From positions 1-46,714 of the forward strand of contig JBAXWY010000020.1 of assembly GCA_037128175.1 (NCBI GenBank): a stretch of 46,714 nucleotides of DNA. The letters are read 5' to 3'. This DNA is from Methanothrix sp. (GTDB taxonomy: Archaea > Halobacteriota > Methanosarcinia > Methanotrichales > Methanotrichaceae). Every line of letters starts with the position of its first letter. Within the stretch, counting starts at the first letter, position 1. This document shows, piece by piece, positions 37,272 through 46,714 of this stretch. Position numbers and translations under genes: made by a program. Below the pieces are notes generated by a model that was not told where the DNA came from, did no database searches, and worked only from the letters and a program-made list of their open reading frames with translations.

Positions 37272-38324
37272 ATGAGCGATATCAAATCTTTATTGGAAAA
37301 ACTGAGCAATGCACACGGCATATCGGGCTGGGAAGGATCCATCCAGCAGATAGTAAAAGAGGAGATTGCGCCTTACGTGGATGAGATCCGTTTGGACAAA
37401 TTGGGAAATCTCATCGCCACCAAGAAGGGAGTGACCCCCTCCATCATGATCGAGGCCCATGCCGACGAGATCGGCCTCATGGTAAAACATGTGGACGAGA
37501 AGGGATTCCTTCGTTTTATTCGCATCGGCGGCTGGTTTGACCAGACCCTCCTCAACCAGAGGGTCATCATCCATACCAGATCCGGCCCCATCACCGGTGT
37601 CATCGGCTGCAAGCCCCCTCATGTCATGAAGGATGAGGACCGAAAGAAGGTGGTCGAGGCCAAAGATATGTTCATCGACATCGGCTGTATCAGCCAAAAG
37701 GAAGTGGAGGACCTCGGCATCCTGCCCGGCACGCCCGTATCCATCGATCGGACTTTTGCCACTTTGCAGGGTGACAGAGTAACCGGCAAGGCCTTCGACA
37801 ACCGGGCCGGGCTCATAGTCATGATCGAGGCTATGAAGAGAACCAAATCTAAGTCCACCATTTATGCCGTGGCCACGGTGCAGGAGGAAGTTGGCCTGAA
37901 GGGCGCCAGGGTTGCCGCCTTCGGCCTGGATCCCGATCTTGCTATCGCTGCCGATGTGACCATTCCGGGGGACCATCCCGGCATCGAGAAGAAGGACGCC
38001 CCCATCGAGATGGGCAAGGGACCGGTAGTCGTGGTGGCCGATGCCTCAGGTCGCGGCCTGATCGCTACACCTCAGATCATTGAATGGATAGCAGGCACTG
38101 CCCGGGAGTTTGAGATACCCGTGCAACTGGAGGCCTCCGACGGTGGGACCACGGATGCCACTGCCATCTACCTCACCAAGTCCGGCATTCCTACGGGCGT
38201 TATCAGCGTGGCCACCCGCTACATCCACTCGCCGGTGGAGGTGCTGTGCATCAGCGATATCGACAAGGCTGCAGACCTGATGGCCAGGTGCCTGGAGACG
38301 GCAGGGAGATACTTTAAAAATTAG
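37272..38324 (+). CDS. M42-family (TET-like) aminopeptidase
   Basis: AHADEIG, GKAFDNRAG, QEEVGLKGA, GGTTD, RYIHSP. Confidence 0.93.
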   Translation: MSDIKSLLEKLSNAHGISGWEGSIQQIVKEEIAPYVDEIRLDKLGNLIATKKGVTPSIMIEAHADEIGLMVKHVDEKGFLRFIRIGGWFDQTLLNQRVIIHTRSGPITGVIGCKPPHVMKDEDRKKVVEAKDMFIDIGCISQKEVEDLGILPGTPVSIDRTFATLQGDRVTGKAFDNRAGLIVMIEAMKRTKSKSTIYAVATVQEEVGLKGARVAAFGLDPDLAIAADVTIPGDHPGIEKKDAPIEMGKGPVVVVADASGRGLIATPQIIEWIAGTAREFEIPVQLEASDGGTTDATAIYLTKSGIPTGVISVATRYIHSPVEVLCISDIDKAADLMARCLETAGRYFKN

Positions 38325-38366
38325 TTTTTCATAATATATTTTTTTTAGTTGCGTTATCCTGGTTAA

Positions 38367-38490
38367 TCGTCGTCTCCGTTCGTTCCTCCTCCGCGTGCTC
38401 TGTGACTCTGTGGTTTTATTCGGTAAACTCCCGGGGTTTGATTACTCCGCTACGAATATTAACCGAAGAGACGCAGAGGTCGCAGAGACT
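38367..38490. repeat. diverged CACAGAG palindromic element, copy C
   Basis: GTCGTCTCCGTTCGTTC...CTCTGTGACTCTGTGGT resembles the reverse complement of 5229-5266; right arm ACCGAAGAGACGCAGAGGTCGCAGAG; lies between convergent genes. Confidence 0.6.
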
Positions 38491-38679
38491 CGAAATCAAC
38501 TATAAAAAAATCAAAATATAAGAGGCCTCGCCGGAACTATCCGGCAGTCCCCTCTAAACAGAATTCAGCTTGAACCGATGAGGCTAATCACAAAGAAACC
38601 CAGGATCACACCTACTACGAACACAACAGCGAACGAGGTGTAGATCAGGGATCCAGCTAATACAAGAGCTTCCATATAA

Positions 38680-39111
38680 TCATCTCACTACCAGTACTGG
38701 GATCGTTGCCCAGTAGAGAACCTTCTGCACTACGCTGCCAATCAACAGCTTGGAGGCACCGGACTCGCCATGGCTTCCCATGACAATCAGGTCTGCCTTC
38801 TCAGCTCCGGCCGTATCTATAACCGCATTTGCGGGAGCTCCAATTCTGACGATTGTATCTACATTGACGCCGATCTTGGCACCCATGGCCTTGAGATCGT
38901 CAACCGCTTTTCGGCCCGCTTTCTCCAGCTTGGCCTCTACTTCCTTTCTGTCGGCCCCAAGCTGTCTAACTGCGCTGGCAATAACGACCTCGTTTACTAT
39001 GTTGAGTGCTATGACCTGTGCGCCGAGTCCCTTAGCGAGCTCCATGCCCTCCTCAGCGGCTTTCATAGATTTGTCTGAGCCATCTGTGGCGATCAATATC
39101 CGCTTGTACAT
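38680..39111 (-). CDS. uspA: universal stress protein
   Basis: YKRILIATDGS, ADLIVMGSHG, LLIGSV, PVLVVR. Confidence 0.93.
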   Translation of the reverse strand: MYKRILIATDGSDKSMKAAEEGMELAKGLGAQVIALNIVNEVVIASAVRQLGADRKEVEAKLEKAGRKAVDDLKAMGAKIGVNVDTIVRIGAPANAVIDTAGAEKADLIVMGSHGESGASKLLIGSVVQKVLYWATIPVLVVR

Positions 39112-39158
39112 CCTATCCCACCTTTGATGCGTTTATCTCACTGACATTGTATAAATAG

Positions 39159-39548
39159 CTATCTTCCTGATTCAAGAATTCTAAGGGCCAATAGCGCCGC
39201 ATTTTCTCCATTATCGATGCCGACGCAAGCCACAGGAACTCCGGGCGGCATTTGAACAATTGATAAAAGTGCATCCAGGCCTCCCAGTTTTGCACTTACC
39301 GGCACTCCAATGACGGGGCGCGTCGTTTTTGAGGCTATAACGCCGGGCAGCGCCGCGGAAAGGCCGGCAATGCCGATAAAAACGCGAGCATCCGTCTGGG
39401 TGATGTAGTCTTCCAGCTCCTGGGGATTACGATGTGCGGAGAGAACTTTATGCTCAAATGACGCTCCCTTCTCTTCCAGTTTGCTGGCGACCTTGTCCAC
39501 AATTGCCTGATCCGACCTGGATCCGGAAATTACTGCAATATCAACCAT
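39159..39548 (-). CDS. purE: N5-CAIR mutase / AIR carboxylase
   Basis: [32 protein letters not shown]. Confidence 0.93.
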   Translation of the reverse strand: MVDIAVISGSRSDQAIVDKVASKLEEKGASFEHKVLSAHRNPQELEDYITQTDARVFIGIAGLSAALPGVIASKTTRPVIGVPVSAKLGGLDALLSIVQMPPGVPVACVGIDNGENAALLALRILESGR

Positions 39549-39551
39549 AAT

Positions 39552-39836
39552 CTATCCTTGATTTCGGCCCTGCAACTCATGTTGCTTATTCACGCTCATC
39601 ATAATCAGGGTCTCGAAGATGCTTTTGACTGCACCCGTGTCCAGGTTTAACTCCGTGGCCAGGTCCATGGCCTGAGATAGGACCCTCTTCTCGCGTTCTG
39701 GATCGCTGATCGGCTTTCCTTCTGCTCTTTTGGCCTCAAAGATCTTTTTAGAGATGCCTATGCGCTGATAAATGAGCCTTATGATCTGCTCGTCGATCTG
39801 CTCAATTTCGCTGCGATGCTCTTGTAGCCCCATCAA
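39552..39836 (-). CDS. chorismate mutase (AroQ type)
   Basis: RSEIEQIDEQIIRLIYQR...K...DPERE; coupled to aroK. Confidence 0.88.
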   Translation of the reverse strand: MMGLQEHRSEIEQIDEQIIRLIYQRIGISKKIFEAKRAEGKPISDPEREKRVLSQAMDLATELNLDTGAVKSIFETLIMMSVNKQHELQGRNQG

Positions 39837-40681
39837 ATTCCCCGGCCCTTAGATGCGCACTTATTATTCGCTTTCGTTCTTATCACTCTTCCGCCCAGAG
39901 GTCTCCAGGCAGCTTCCAGAGCGTCCATCTTATCTTCATCAATTATTGCCGCATAAGAGGGTCCTGTCCCCGAAAGGCTCACTCCTTTCGCTCCCGCCTG
40001 CAGCGCCAGGAGCATGGGCTCTGCGGGCAGGCCCAAAGCCGCGCAATAGGCCAGGCCGTTCAGGGTCATGGCCCTGCCGTAATCGCCGCGCATGGCCAGA
40101 TCATAGATCACATCCGCCATGGGCGCAATGAGCCGGGAACGGGAGATATCGGTATCAACGGAGAAGAGCTTTCGCTCGGGAACCAGGAGCATGACCATGC
40201 AAGAGAACTCCTCCCGCTTGAGGAGAAGCATGCATCTGTTGTCGGTAACCACAATGCCGCCCAGCATTGAGGCCAGAGCGTCGTCCAGAGCCCCGGTAAT
40301 GGTCACCCCTACTTCCCGGGCGGCGGCCACGCCGATCTTGGCCGCATCTATCAGGTCCATATCTTCCTGCAAAGCATCCAGGGTTGCCAGGACGGTGGCG
40401 TTGGCCGCGGTACTGCTGCTCTTGAGACCTCCGGCCACAGGAATCTCGCTGCTGGTTCGCACCACTGCGCCGTAGGAATAGCCCAGTCGCTCCAGCACCA
40501 TGCGCACACAGGTCTCGATGAGGCGAGTGTCCACGCCGGGAACGTCTCCCAAAATGTTGCCGGAATTGTTCAGTTCCACTTCGGCATATATTTTGAGCTC
40601 GATTCCAAAGGCCGCCCCTTTCCAGGTGGCCACTGCATTAAGAACTGTGGCAGCGCCGTTGGCCCACGCATATCCTTTCAT
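39833..40681 (-). CDS. aroK: archaeal (GHMP-family) shikimate kinase
   Basis: NAVATWKGAAFGI, IPVAGGLKSSS, TITGALDDA, SLSGTGPS. Confidence 0.92.
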   Translation of the reverse strand: MKGYAWANGAATVLNAVATWKGAAFGIELKIYAEVELNNSGNILGDVPGVDTRLIETCVRMVLERLGYSYGAVVRTSSEIPVAGGLKSSSTAANATVLATLDALQEDMDLIDAAKIGVAAAREVGVTITGALDDALASMLGGIVVTDNRCMLLLKREEFSCMVMLLVPERKLFSVDTDISRSRLIAPMADVIYDLAMRGDYGRAMTLNGLAYCAALGLPAEPMLLALQAGAKGVSLSGTGPSYAAIIDEDKMDALEAAWRPLGGRVIRTKANNKCASKGRGI

Positions 40682-41202
40682 GATTGCTCCATCTCAAAGA
40701 TCTTCTTGAGCTTGTCCAGCTCTTTTGCAAACTCATCTTTGCCTTCGCGAGTATATTTTGCGATCATCTTATTCAGATATTCTAGTTCAGTGATGGATGA
40801 GATGAAGATGGGCTGATAGCAGCCCAATTCAACAAGCGGCAAAACCTCGACACCGCCTTTGTTTGTACCCTCTTCCAGCCCTTTTACTACTACTATGAAC
40901 GCGAAATTCTTGTATCCCAGTCCCCTGGCAATGTTCTTGGCGAAGCTGTTCATCTGCTGCACCCTTCGAGAAGAGAGGTCTTTGTAGGCGGCAACGGAAT
41001 CCTTGTATTCCACAAACATGATGGAATCATCGGACCAGAGCAGGGCGTCGTACTCCACCACAGCGATGGCATTTTTTAGAGCTACCACATTAAAGAGGAC
41101 GCCGCGACACCAGCTTATGTTAAGGTGAAGCCGAAAGTCCGCTTCCGTCATTGGCGCGTTCCTGGGCTTCAGAACATAAGGGTCGCTGGACAGTTCAATC
41201 AT
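40678..41202 (-). CDS. hypothetical protein with PD-(D/E)xK-like motif
   Basis: EYDALLWSDDSIMFVEYK. Confidence 0.55.
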   Translation of the reverse strand: MIELSSDPYVLKPRNAPMTEADFRLHLNISWCRGVLFNVVALKNAIAVVEYDALLWSDDSIMFVEYKDSVAAYKDLSSRRVQQMNSFAKNIARGLGYKNFAFIVVVKGLEEGTNKGGVEVLPLVELGCYQPIFISSITELEYLNKMIAKYTREGKDEFAKELDKLKKIFEMEQS

Positions 41203-41245
41203 GAGTGGATCGTTTCTCTTTTCAGTAAATGGACTTTTCCTGTGT

Positions 41246-42406
41246 TTAGCCTCGCATCAAACTCGACGCCAGATCGAGAACAGTCCTGGGCCGGGAGAGC
41301 AAGACGACAGCAGCGGCATAGCCAGCTTTCTTGACAAATGAGCCGTCCGAGATAAGGCGTTTTCCAGACAGGCCGCGTACCAGTCTGTCGATCTCCTCAT
41401 CCTTCATCATGGCCAGAGTCTGCAAAGATGCTCGACCCATGCGGTATTGCCAGTAGAACTCTCTTTTCCAGAGCTTTTCATATTGGGAAAGACCTTCCCG
41501 GGATACATCTCTCGTCACCACAGCCTCTGCGGCCACGCAGCCGCAGATGGTGCCGGCGCGCATGCTGTAGGCCAGACCGCTCTGGCCGGCAGCTCCTCCC
41601 GTGACCATCAGAGAATTGGCAGCGATATCGCCGGGCAGCACGCAGATGGGGTCGCCCCCTCGCCTCACAGCATGAATCTTGAGATTCTCAATATCCCTGT
41701 ACTGCGTTGCTTTGTAGGTCTTAAACCGCTTCAGGAAATCCCGGAAAAAGGGCTGCACATTTTGACCGTGGCCGCGAACGAAAACGCCCAGCGTGGCGTG
41801 ATCGCCACCAGCAGGCGAGAAGGTGGCCTTCCAGCCGGGTGCCATGCTGCCGATCCAGTACTGGAAGAACATCTCCTCGCCGAGATCGGGATGCTCGACA
41901 TCGGCTTCCATGGCCCAGGCAATGTCCTCGGCATGACGCATGGGCACCAGGCCTGCTCCGCGAGCCAGGTGGGAAATAACTCCTGAGGCGTCCACCACCA
42001 CCTTTGCTTCAATCTCGCCCTCATTTAAGAATACAGTTCTGCGACCGCCATCCAGCCGGGATTTCTTGGCGACGCCGGCCAGGAGGCTCACCCCAGAGCT
42101 TTGCGCGAGGCGCAGGTAGTGTTCATCGAACTTCTTTCTGTCAATGAAATAGCCTTTAGCCGGAATGCTTGCGCCCTGGCCGGAGGGGGAAAGAATGCGC
42201 ATGCCTTCCAGCTCTTTTTTCAGGTAGCAATCCTCTACTTTGATGCCTGAGGTAGCGGCCATTCCCTCAAAGAGGGTATTGGCGGCGTGATCCAGGCCGG
42301 CCAGATCCCTGTCCAGCAATATTACCCCGGCTCCGCCTTTTGCGGCAGAGATCGCAGCCATCAGGCCGGCGGGCGAAGCGCCCACTACCAGAACATCGCA
42401 CTTCAC
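41246..42406 (-). CDS. geranylgeranyl reductase-family FAD oxidoreductase
   Basis: CDVLVVGASPAG Rossmann motif, IDRKKFD, VVDASG; GTG start at 42406 because the longer ORF runs into the repeat element. Confidence 0.8.
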   Translation of the reverse strand: MKCDVLVVGASPAGLMAAISAAKGGAGVILLDRDLAGLDHAANTLFEGMAATSGIKVEDCYLKKELEGMRILSPSGQGASIPAKGYFIDRKKFDEHYLRLAQSSGVSLLAGVAKKSRLDGGRRTVFLNEGEIEAKVVVDASGVISHLARGAGLVPMRHAEDIAWAMEADVEHPDLGEEMFFQYWIGSMAPGWKATFSPAGGDHATLGVFVRGHGQNVQPFFRDFLKRFKTYKATQYRDIENLKIHAVRRGGDPICVLPGDIAANSLMVTGGAAGQSGLAYSMRAGTICGCVAAEAVVTRDVSREGLSQYEKLWKREFYWQYRMGRASLQTLAMMKDEEIDRLVRGLSGKRLISDGSFVKKAGYAAAVVLLSRPRTVLDLASSLMRG

Positions 42407-42523
42407 GAGAGGGATTGGGGCGTGCGATGAGATTAAGTTTTCCCGAGGGGCGAGAAAGAAAATATGAATGGTGGAAATTTTAGGTTCCTCGCTGTTTCGC
42501 GTGGGTAATAGAATAATCGAGTC

Positions 42524-42706
42524 CTCTGTGAGTCCTCCGTGCGCTCTGTGTCTGCGGTGGTGGTAGTCCGTAAACCATTGGTTATAACCAATGGCTAACG
42601 ACGTTTTCACCACAGAGACACAGAGCTCACAGAGAACGCACAGAGCGACTAACTAACAACTGGAAAAACATAGTAACCTTAGGTTAGCAACTGGAAATAG
42701 CGAAGA
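42524..42706. repeat. CACAGAG palindromic element, copy B
   Basis: Inverted arms (CTCTGTG)n and (CACAGAG)n around a perfect 20-bp palindrome CCATTGGTTATAACCAATGG (42575-42594). Confidence 0.8.
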
Positions 42707-42939
42707 GCCAAATTTTATAATACTATTATTGGTGGATTAATATTGTCGCAAACTCATGCTGAATCATTCAGGCTAATTGGCGATGTTCACACGGGCACAC
42801 ACGTACCCGCGTGGGCCCGGGCTCGCCCCCACACCCGCAAGCCCCTGCGCGCGTCCTCTCAGCAGGCACCTCTTGCCCGAGCGGGGACGGGTCTTCCATC
42901 AAAAAGACAGGCTGCAATCGTGCACGGTTGCTTTGGCTG

Positions 42940-43294
42940 CGGGCCTGAGCCAGGAGGCCATAAACATGCTCCCGACCATTCCTTACGATATGGTGCTGAT
43001 GGACTGCCAAATGCCTGATATGGATGGTTTCGAGGCCACTCTCTCCGTCCGTCAGGAAGGATCGAAGGCGCTCAATCCACATATTCCCATCATGCCATGA
43101 CTGCCGTCACCATGCAAGGTGACCGGGAGATGTGTATTCAGGCCGGTATGAACGATTTCATTGCCAAACCGTTCCAACAAAAAGAACTGGCGGAAACACT
43201 CACCTGGTGGTTGGCAATAACAACGAATGATAACCTTGAATTGGTATCAGGTCACACGATAAAATCCTGCATCGAACTCCGAGGACAGTCCTAG
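42940..43294 (+). pseudogene. split response-regulator receiver-domain remnant
   Basis: YDMVLMDCQMPDMDGFEAT...HIPI and MTA...DREMCIQAGMNDFIAKP are in different frames (shift ~43090-43097); N-terminus missing. Confidence 0.8.
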
Positions 43295-43319
43295 ACCCAA
43301 TTAACCCTACAATCCAGAT

Positions 43320-45374
43320 ATGCTAAAATTTTATAGTAGCAGTACAGATAGTATCATCATGAGTGTTTCTGTGATGCGATTGGCTTTGGTGGTGTTTTTG
43401 CTTTTCGATCTGCTCTCTACAACTACAATTTCATCTGCAATCGAAGAAAAACCTTCCGAGCAAGTTCTGTCCAATAGCCAACTACCTATCGATATGAATT
43501 TTAGCCAGACCTTCAAGGATCATGTACAGCTCATGGGCATGAACTTGAGTGGCATGAACTTGTCTGGGACTAACTTGAATCATTCTGAGCTGCAACGATC
43601 AGATCTTCATGGGGCAAACCTTAGCCGGTCACATTTGAACCAATCCAGTCTCTTCGATGCCAAGCTTGCAGGAACAAATCTTCGCGGAGTAACTATGGTA
43701 CAAGGAGACCTTCATGGCTCAGATCTCTCCCAGGCCGATCTTCGAGGTGCCAATATGCCTGTGTGCAATTTGTTAGGCTCAAATCTGACCAATGCGAATC
43801 TAACAGGCGCATTCTTGGCGGGCTGCTACTTAACCGGCGCAAATCTGAATGGTGCAGACCTATCCAGTTCCTTTATAGACCAATCTTTTGCGGATCGTTC
43901 AACTCTGGTTCGTACTAACCTGAATAGAGCCAGCTTAGGGGGCGTGAAAATGAGCGATGCAAACCTGAGCGAAGCCTGCTTCATAGGAGCGTTCATGGAT
44001 CGTTCTACCTTCCGTAATTCCCAATTGGATGGTGCTAATCTGACGGGAGCAAGCCTGGTCGGGGCGAACCTGATTAATGCCACCATATGCAATGCAGACC
44101 TCAGGGGCTCAGATCTCTCCGAGACACGACTTTCTGGAGCCAAATTTATCGGGTCCAATATGTCCCGGTCAAGTGTGGTTTTTGCGAACTTGACTCGCAG
44201 CAATCTGAGCGGCTCAGACCTTTCCTTCTTGATCGGTTCCGGGGCAGCCTTTCTGAAATCGGATCTATCCCGTGCCAAACTCACAGATGCGTTCCTGGAG
44301 GACGCCATGCTTACCGGAGCGAGGCTTGTGGATGCAAAACTGAATCGAGTGACTGCATCATGCGCTTGCTTTGAAGAGGCAAACCTCACTGGTGCTGATC
44401 TTTCTGATGCAAATCTCGCAAAAGCAAAGCTGACCGGAGCGATACTCAAGGATGCTAAACTGAACAGAATTAATGCCTCTTCAGCCGCCATGGCCGAAAC
44501 GGACCTAACGGGAGCTGACCTCACAGATGCTCGTCTAACAGATGTAACGCTGACCGGAGCGATACTCAAGGATGCCAAGCTCCAGGGGGCAGATACTACT
44601 GGAGCTAACATGAGAAACTCGGATCTAAGGGGTGCGGATCTGAATGGAACGAGGCTCGTTGAAACCAATCTGGTAAACTCTAATATGAAAGGACTGAACA
44701 TGCGCCATGCTAATGCCATGAGCGCAAAGATGAGCTGGGCTGATCTGAGCGACAGCCGCTTGTCGTCGAGCCAGCTTTCAAGGGTGGAGTTTTGTGGAAC
44801 TAACCTGAGTGATGCTGATTTGAGCGATGCCGATCTGACCAGGGCTTATATGATGAGAGCGAATCTAACTGGTGCAGACCTGAGTCGTGCGGACTTATCT
44901 TATACAGACCTTACTAATGCCCGGCTTAAAGGTGCCAATCTGAATTCGGCAAAACTTGACTACACAGCCTTAAACGGAGCGGACTTGACCGGGGCAGATT
45001 TGGTTTTAGCCAGGCTGCAAGGGTTGAACCTTGTCGATGCAAATTTCCTTCGATCCAGATTGGAGGGCGCTACGCTGCAGGGACCTATGCTCATCCAGAA
45101 CGTCAATTTGAGCAAGTGCAACCTCAGGAATTCCAGGCTGGAGCTGATACTGCTGAAGAATGTGAGTCTGGCGGGGACAGATCTAACAAATGCTGACCTT
45201 TCCATGATCATGATGATAAATGTGGACTTTGACGGAGCTAACCTGGAGCACATAAAATACGACGAATTCACCTTGCAGAACCTTCTTAATTCCAGGCTGA
45301 ACAAAACCAGCATGAGCGAGGATTTAAAGAAAGATTTGGATAGGCTGCGGGGCCAAATGATTGACCAATCTTAG
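43320..45374 (+). CDS. secreted pentapeptide-repeat protein
   Basis: Hydrophobic leader, then ~600 aa of A(D/N)Lxx repeats; internal near-duplication around 44430 and 44550. Confidence 0.92.
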   Translation: MLKFYSSSTDSIIMSVSVMRLALVVFLLFDLLSTTTISSAIEEKPSEQVLSNSQLPIDMNFSQTFKDHVQLMGMNLSGMNLSGTNLNHSELQRSDLHGANLSRSHLNQSSLFDAKLAGTNLRGVTMVQGDLHGSDLSQADLRGANMPVCNLLGSNLTNANLTGAFLAGCYLTGANLNGADLSSSFIDQSFADRSTLVRTNLNRASLGGVKMSDANLSEACFIGAFMDRSTFRNSQLDGANLTGASLVGANLINATICNADLRGSDLSETRLSGAKFIGSNMSRSSVVFANLTRSNLSGSDLSFLIGSGAAFLKSDLSRAKLTDAFLEDAMLTGARLVDAKLNRVTASCACFEEANLTGADLSDANLAKAKLTGAILKDAKLNRINASSAAMAETDLTGADLTDARLTDVTLTGAILKDAKLQGADTTGANMRNSDLRGADLNGTRLVETNLVNSNMKGLNMRHANAMSAKMSWADLSDSRLSSSQLSRVEFCGTNLSDADLSDADLTRAYMMRANLTGADLSRADLSYTDLTNARLKGANLNSAKLDYTALNGADLTGADLVLARLQGLNLVDANFLRSRLEGATLQGPMLIQNVNLSKCNLRNSRLELILLKNVSLAGTDLTNADLSMIMMINVDFDGANLEHIKYDEFTLQNLLNSRLNKTSMSEDLKKDLDRLRGQMIDQS

Positions 45375-45383
45375 GTGAGATAG

Positions 45384-45704
45384 ATGGCTCGCGTGATAAA
45401 TTCAAAGATCTGGGTGAGATTTATCATCCCGATCTTTATCCTCATAGGTTTGCTCCATACCGCCCTTGCATCGGGAAACGATATCTCAGAATTAAGAGAT
45501 CGTCTATTATCATTTGAGGACACCAAAATAACTGTTCAAGACCTGGCTTTTTACCTTGTCACCCATAGCTATGATGCGATACCTAGAGATGGTTACGTAG
45601 AGCTACAGCTTGATGGAGAAAGTTATAGGCTTGTCCCTAATGGGAACGCGCCTGGTGTATGCGATATTTTTCCATTAAATGCAAAGAGTAAGCTGGCTAA
45701 ATAG
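45384..45704 (+). CDS. small secreted hypothetical protein
   Basis: Signal-peptide-like N-terminus; GGTGA RBS upstream. Confidence 0.65.
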   Translation: MARVINSKIWVRFIIPIFILIGLLHTALASGNDISELRDRLLSFEDTKITVQDLAFYLVTHSYDAIPRDGYVELQLDGESYRLVPNGNAPGVCDIFPLNAKSKLAK

Positions 45705-45880
45705 AGCTGGAAGAAGCTTAAGTCAAAGTCATGCGACTTTACTGGTAATCATCTGGCTATGCCGCATGGATAATGCCTATTGATGTGAGTTTCGTATCTG
45801 CGATTACGTGCGGTGGATGAGATTCTCGTACTTGCAAGAGCCTAGAATCAAAGAAGTTAATCAGGAATTACAGAGTTCAT

Positions 45881-46511
45881 AGTTTGTGTCAGAACGGCTA
45901 TAAAGACAGGAAGTCGTACCTAATTAGCTAAAGCAGGACGGAAAGAACATGATACCTTGGCTTCTGGCAGCATCTGAATCATTGGTTTACTGGTCGTTTC
46001 AGATGGCCATAAAGGAATACAAGCCGCGGTTTCGTCAAGGTTCTTGGGCGCAGCCTGGCAAATGTGCCAGGTTCATTTCAGCCGTGCGGTGATGAACAAT
46101 ATTCCAAATAAAGATAAAGAAGTAGTAGCAGAGAAACTCAGACAAGGATTCGAAGATGAATCCAAGATGGCGGAATTAGCTATTGAGCTTAGGCAGAAGA
46201 GGTATTCAAAGTCGGCTGATACAATTGACCGGTTTAGCCAGGACATCTGGAATCACAGGGCGTTCCCAAAAGAGCACTGGAAGAAGATTCGGACAACCAA
46301 TGGACTGGAACGGATAAATAAAGAACTCAAGAGAAGAAGCAGAGTAGTCGGTGCCTTTCCGAATGAAGCATCGCTTCTAAGGCTTGGAGTCGCCATTCTC
46401 ATGGACATCAACGAGGAATGGCTGACAGGTAGAAAGTATTTATCTATGATTGAGGAGTAAATGGGTCTGGATACGGGGCCAAAGATTTACAGAAAACATG
46501 GCACACAACCC
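45881..46511 (+). mobile_element. internally deleted IS256-family element
   Basis: From ~45988 LLVVSDGHKGIQAAV...AWQMCQVHF...IRTTNGLERINKELKRR..VVGAFPN to the stop at 46460. Imperfect end similarity GTTTGTGTC..CTATAAA vs TTTACAG..ACACAACC. Confidence 0.8.
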
Positions 46512-46512
46512 C

Positions 46513-46714
46513 TAAAGGAGCTGTAAGATGTTTTCTGTTGTTTCGGCATCGAACTCCCCGCCCGCGAGAATGCGCCGCAAACTATCGATTTGTTGCGGTT
46601 CACCTGCATCTTGGTTTTCGTCCAGTGCATCCAGACACGCTTCACAGAGGACGGACTCAACTTCATATCCTGCGCGATTCTTTTGGTGCTCTCGCCTCTC
46701 TTTTTGGCCCGAAT
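46513..46714 (-). mobile_element. IS481-like transposase remnant, running off the window edge
   Basis: Manual translation: HTH IRAKKRGESTKRIAQDMKLSPSSVKRVW, and in another frame integrase-core-like RRILAGGEFDAETTENIL; truncated at the IS256 end. Confidence 0.6.

Noticed and set aside
42407-42613. N-terminal extension of the GGR-like ORF
   Set aside because: Runs through the non-coding palindromic repeat; the Rossmann motif begins just after GTG 42406
43826-45313. Long antisense ORFs over the pentapeptide gene (also 6355-7014 and 37290-37976)
   Set aside because: Antisense shadows of well-supported genes
1-46714. tRNA or rRNA genes
   Set aside because: No recognisable cloverleaf or rRNA sequence seen; tRNAscan-SE/Infernal would be needed to exclude them formally

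Overview
Archaeal chromosomal window, most consistent with a Methanothrix/Methanosarcinales-type methanogen. This is inferred from the GHMP-type shikimate kinase, beta-RFAP synthase, archaeal Hpt and geranylgeranyl reductase-like gene. Housekeeping and secreted-protein genes flank a ~23 kb CRISPR-Cas island (~5.2-28.9 kb). The island is a hybrid. It opens with a type I-G-like cas4-cas1 fusion and cas2, then a leader and a 53-repeat array (36-bp repeat ending ATTGAAAC). A ~3.7 kb block follows, closed by a solitary degenerate repeat; it carries two wHTH genes, a family A DNA polymerase with a dead-looking proofreading domain, and a single-TM SAVED/CARF-like protein. Next come three toxin-antitoxin pairs with disabled toxins, a stand-alone Cas6-like half of Csb2, a complete III-B cmr1-6 operon (HD-less, GGDD-intact Cas10), a Card1/Can2-like CARF nuclease, the Csx3 ring nuclease and a fourth TA pair. 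The pattern 'intact gene - TA cassette(s) - decayed copy of the same gene' occurs three times (polA, csb2, csx3). A dispersed palindromic CACAGAG repeat family occurs three times, and IS256 and IS481 remnants end the window. All protein calls are by motif recognition; no database searches were run.
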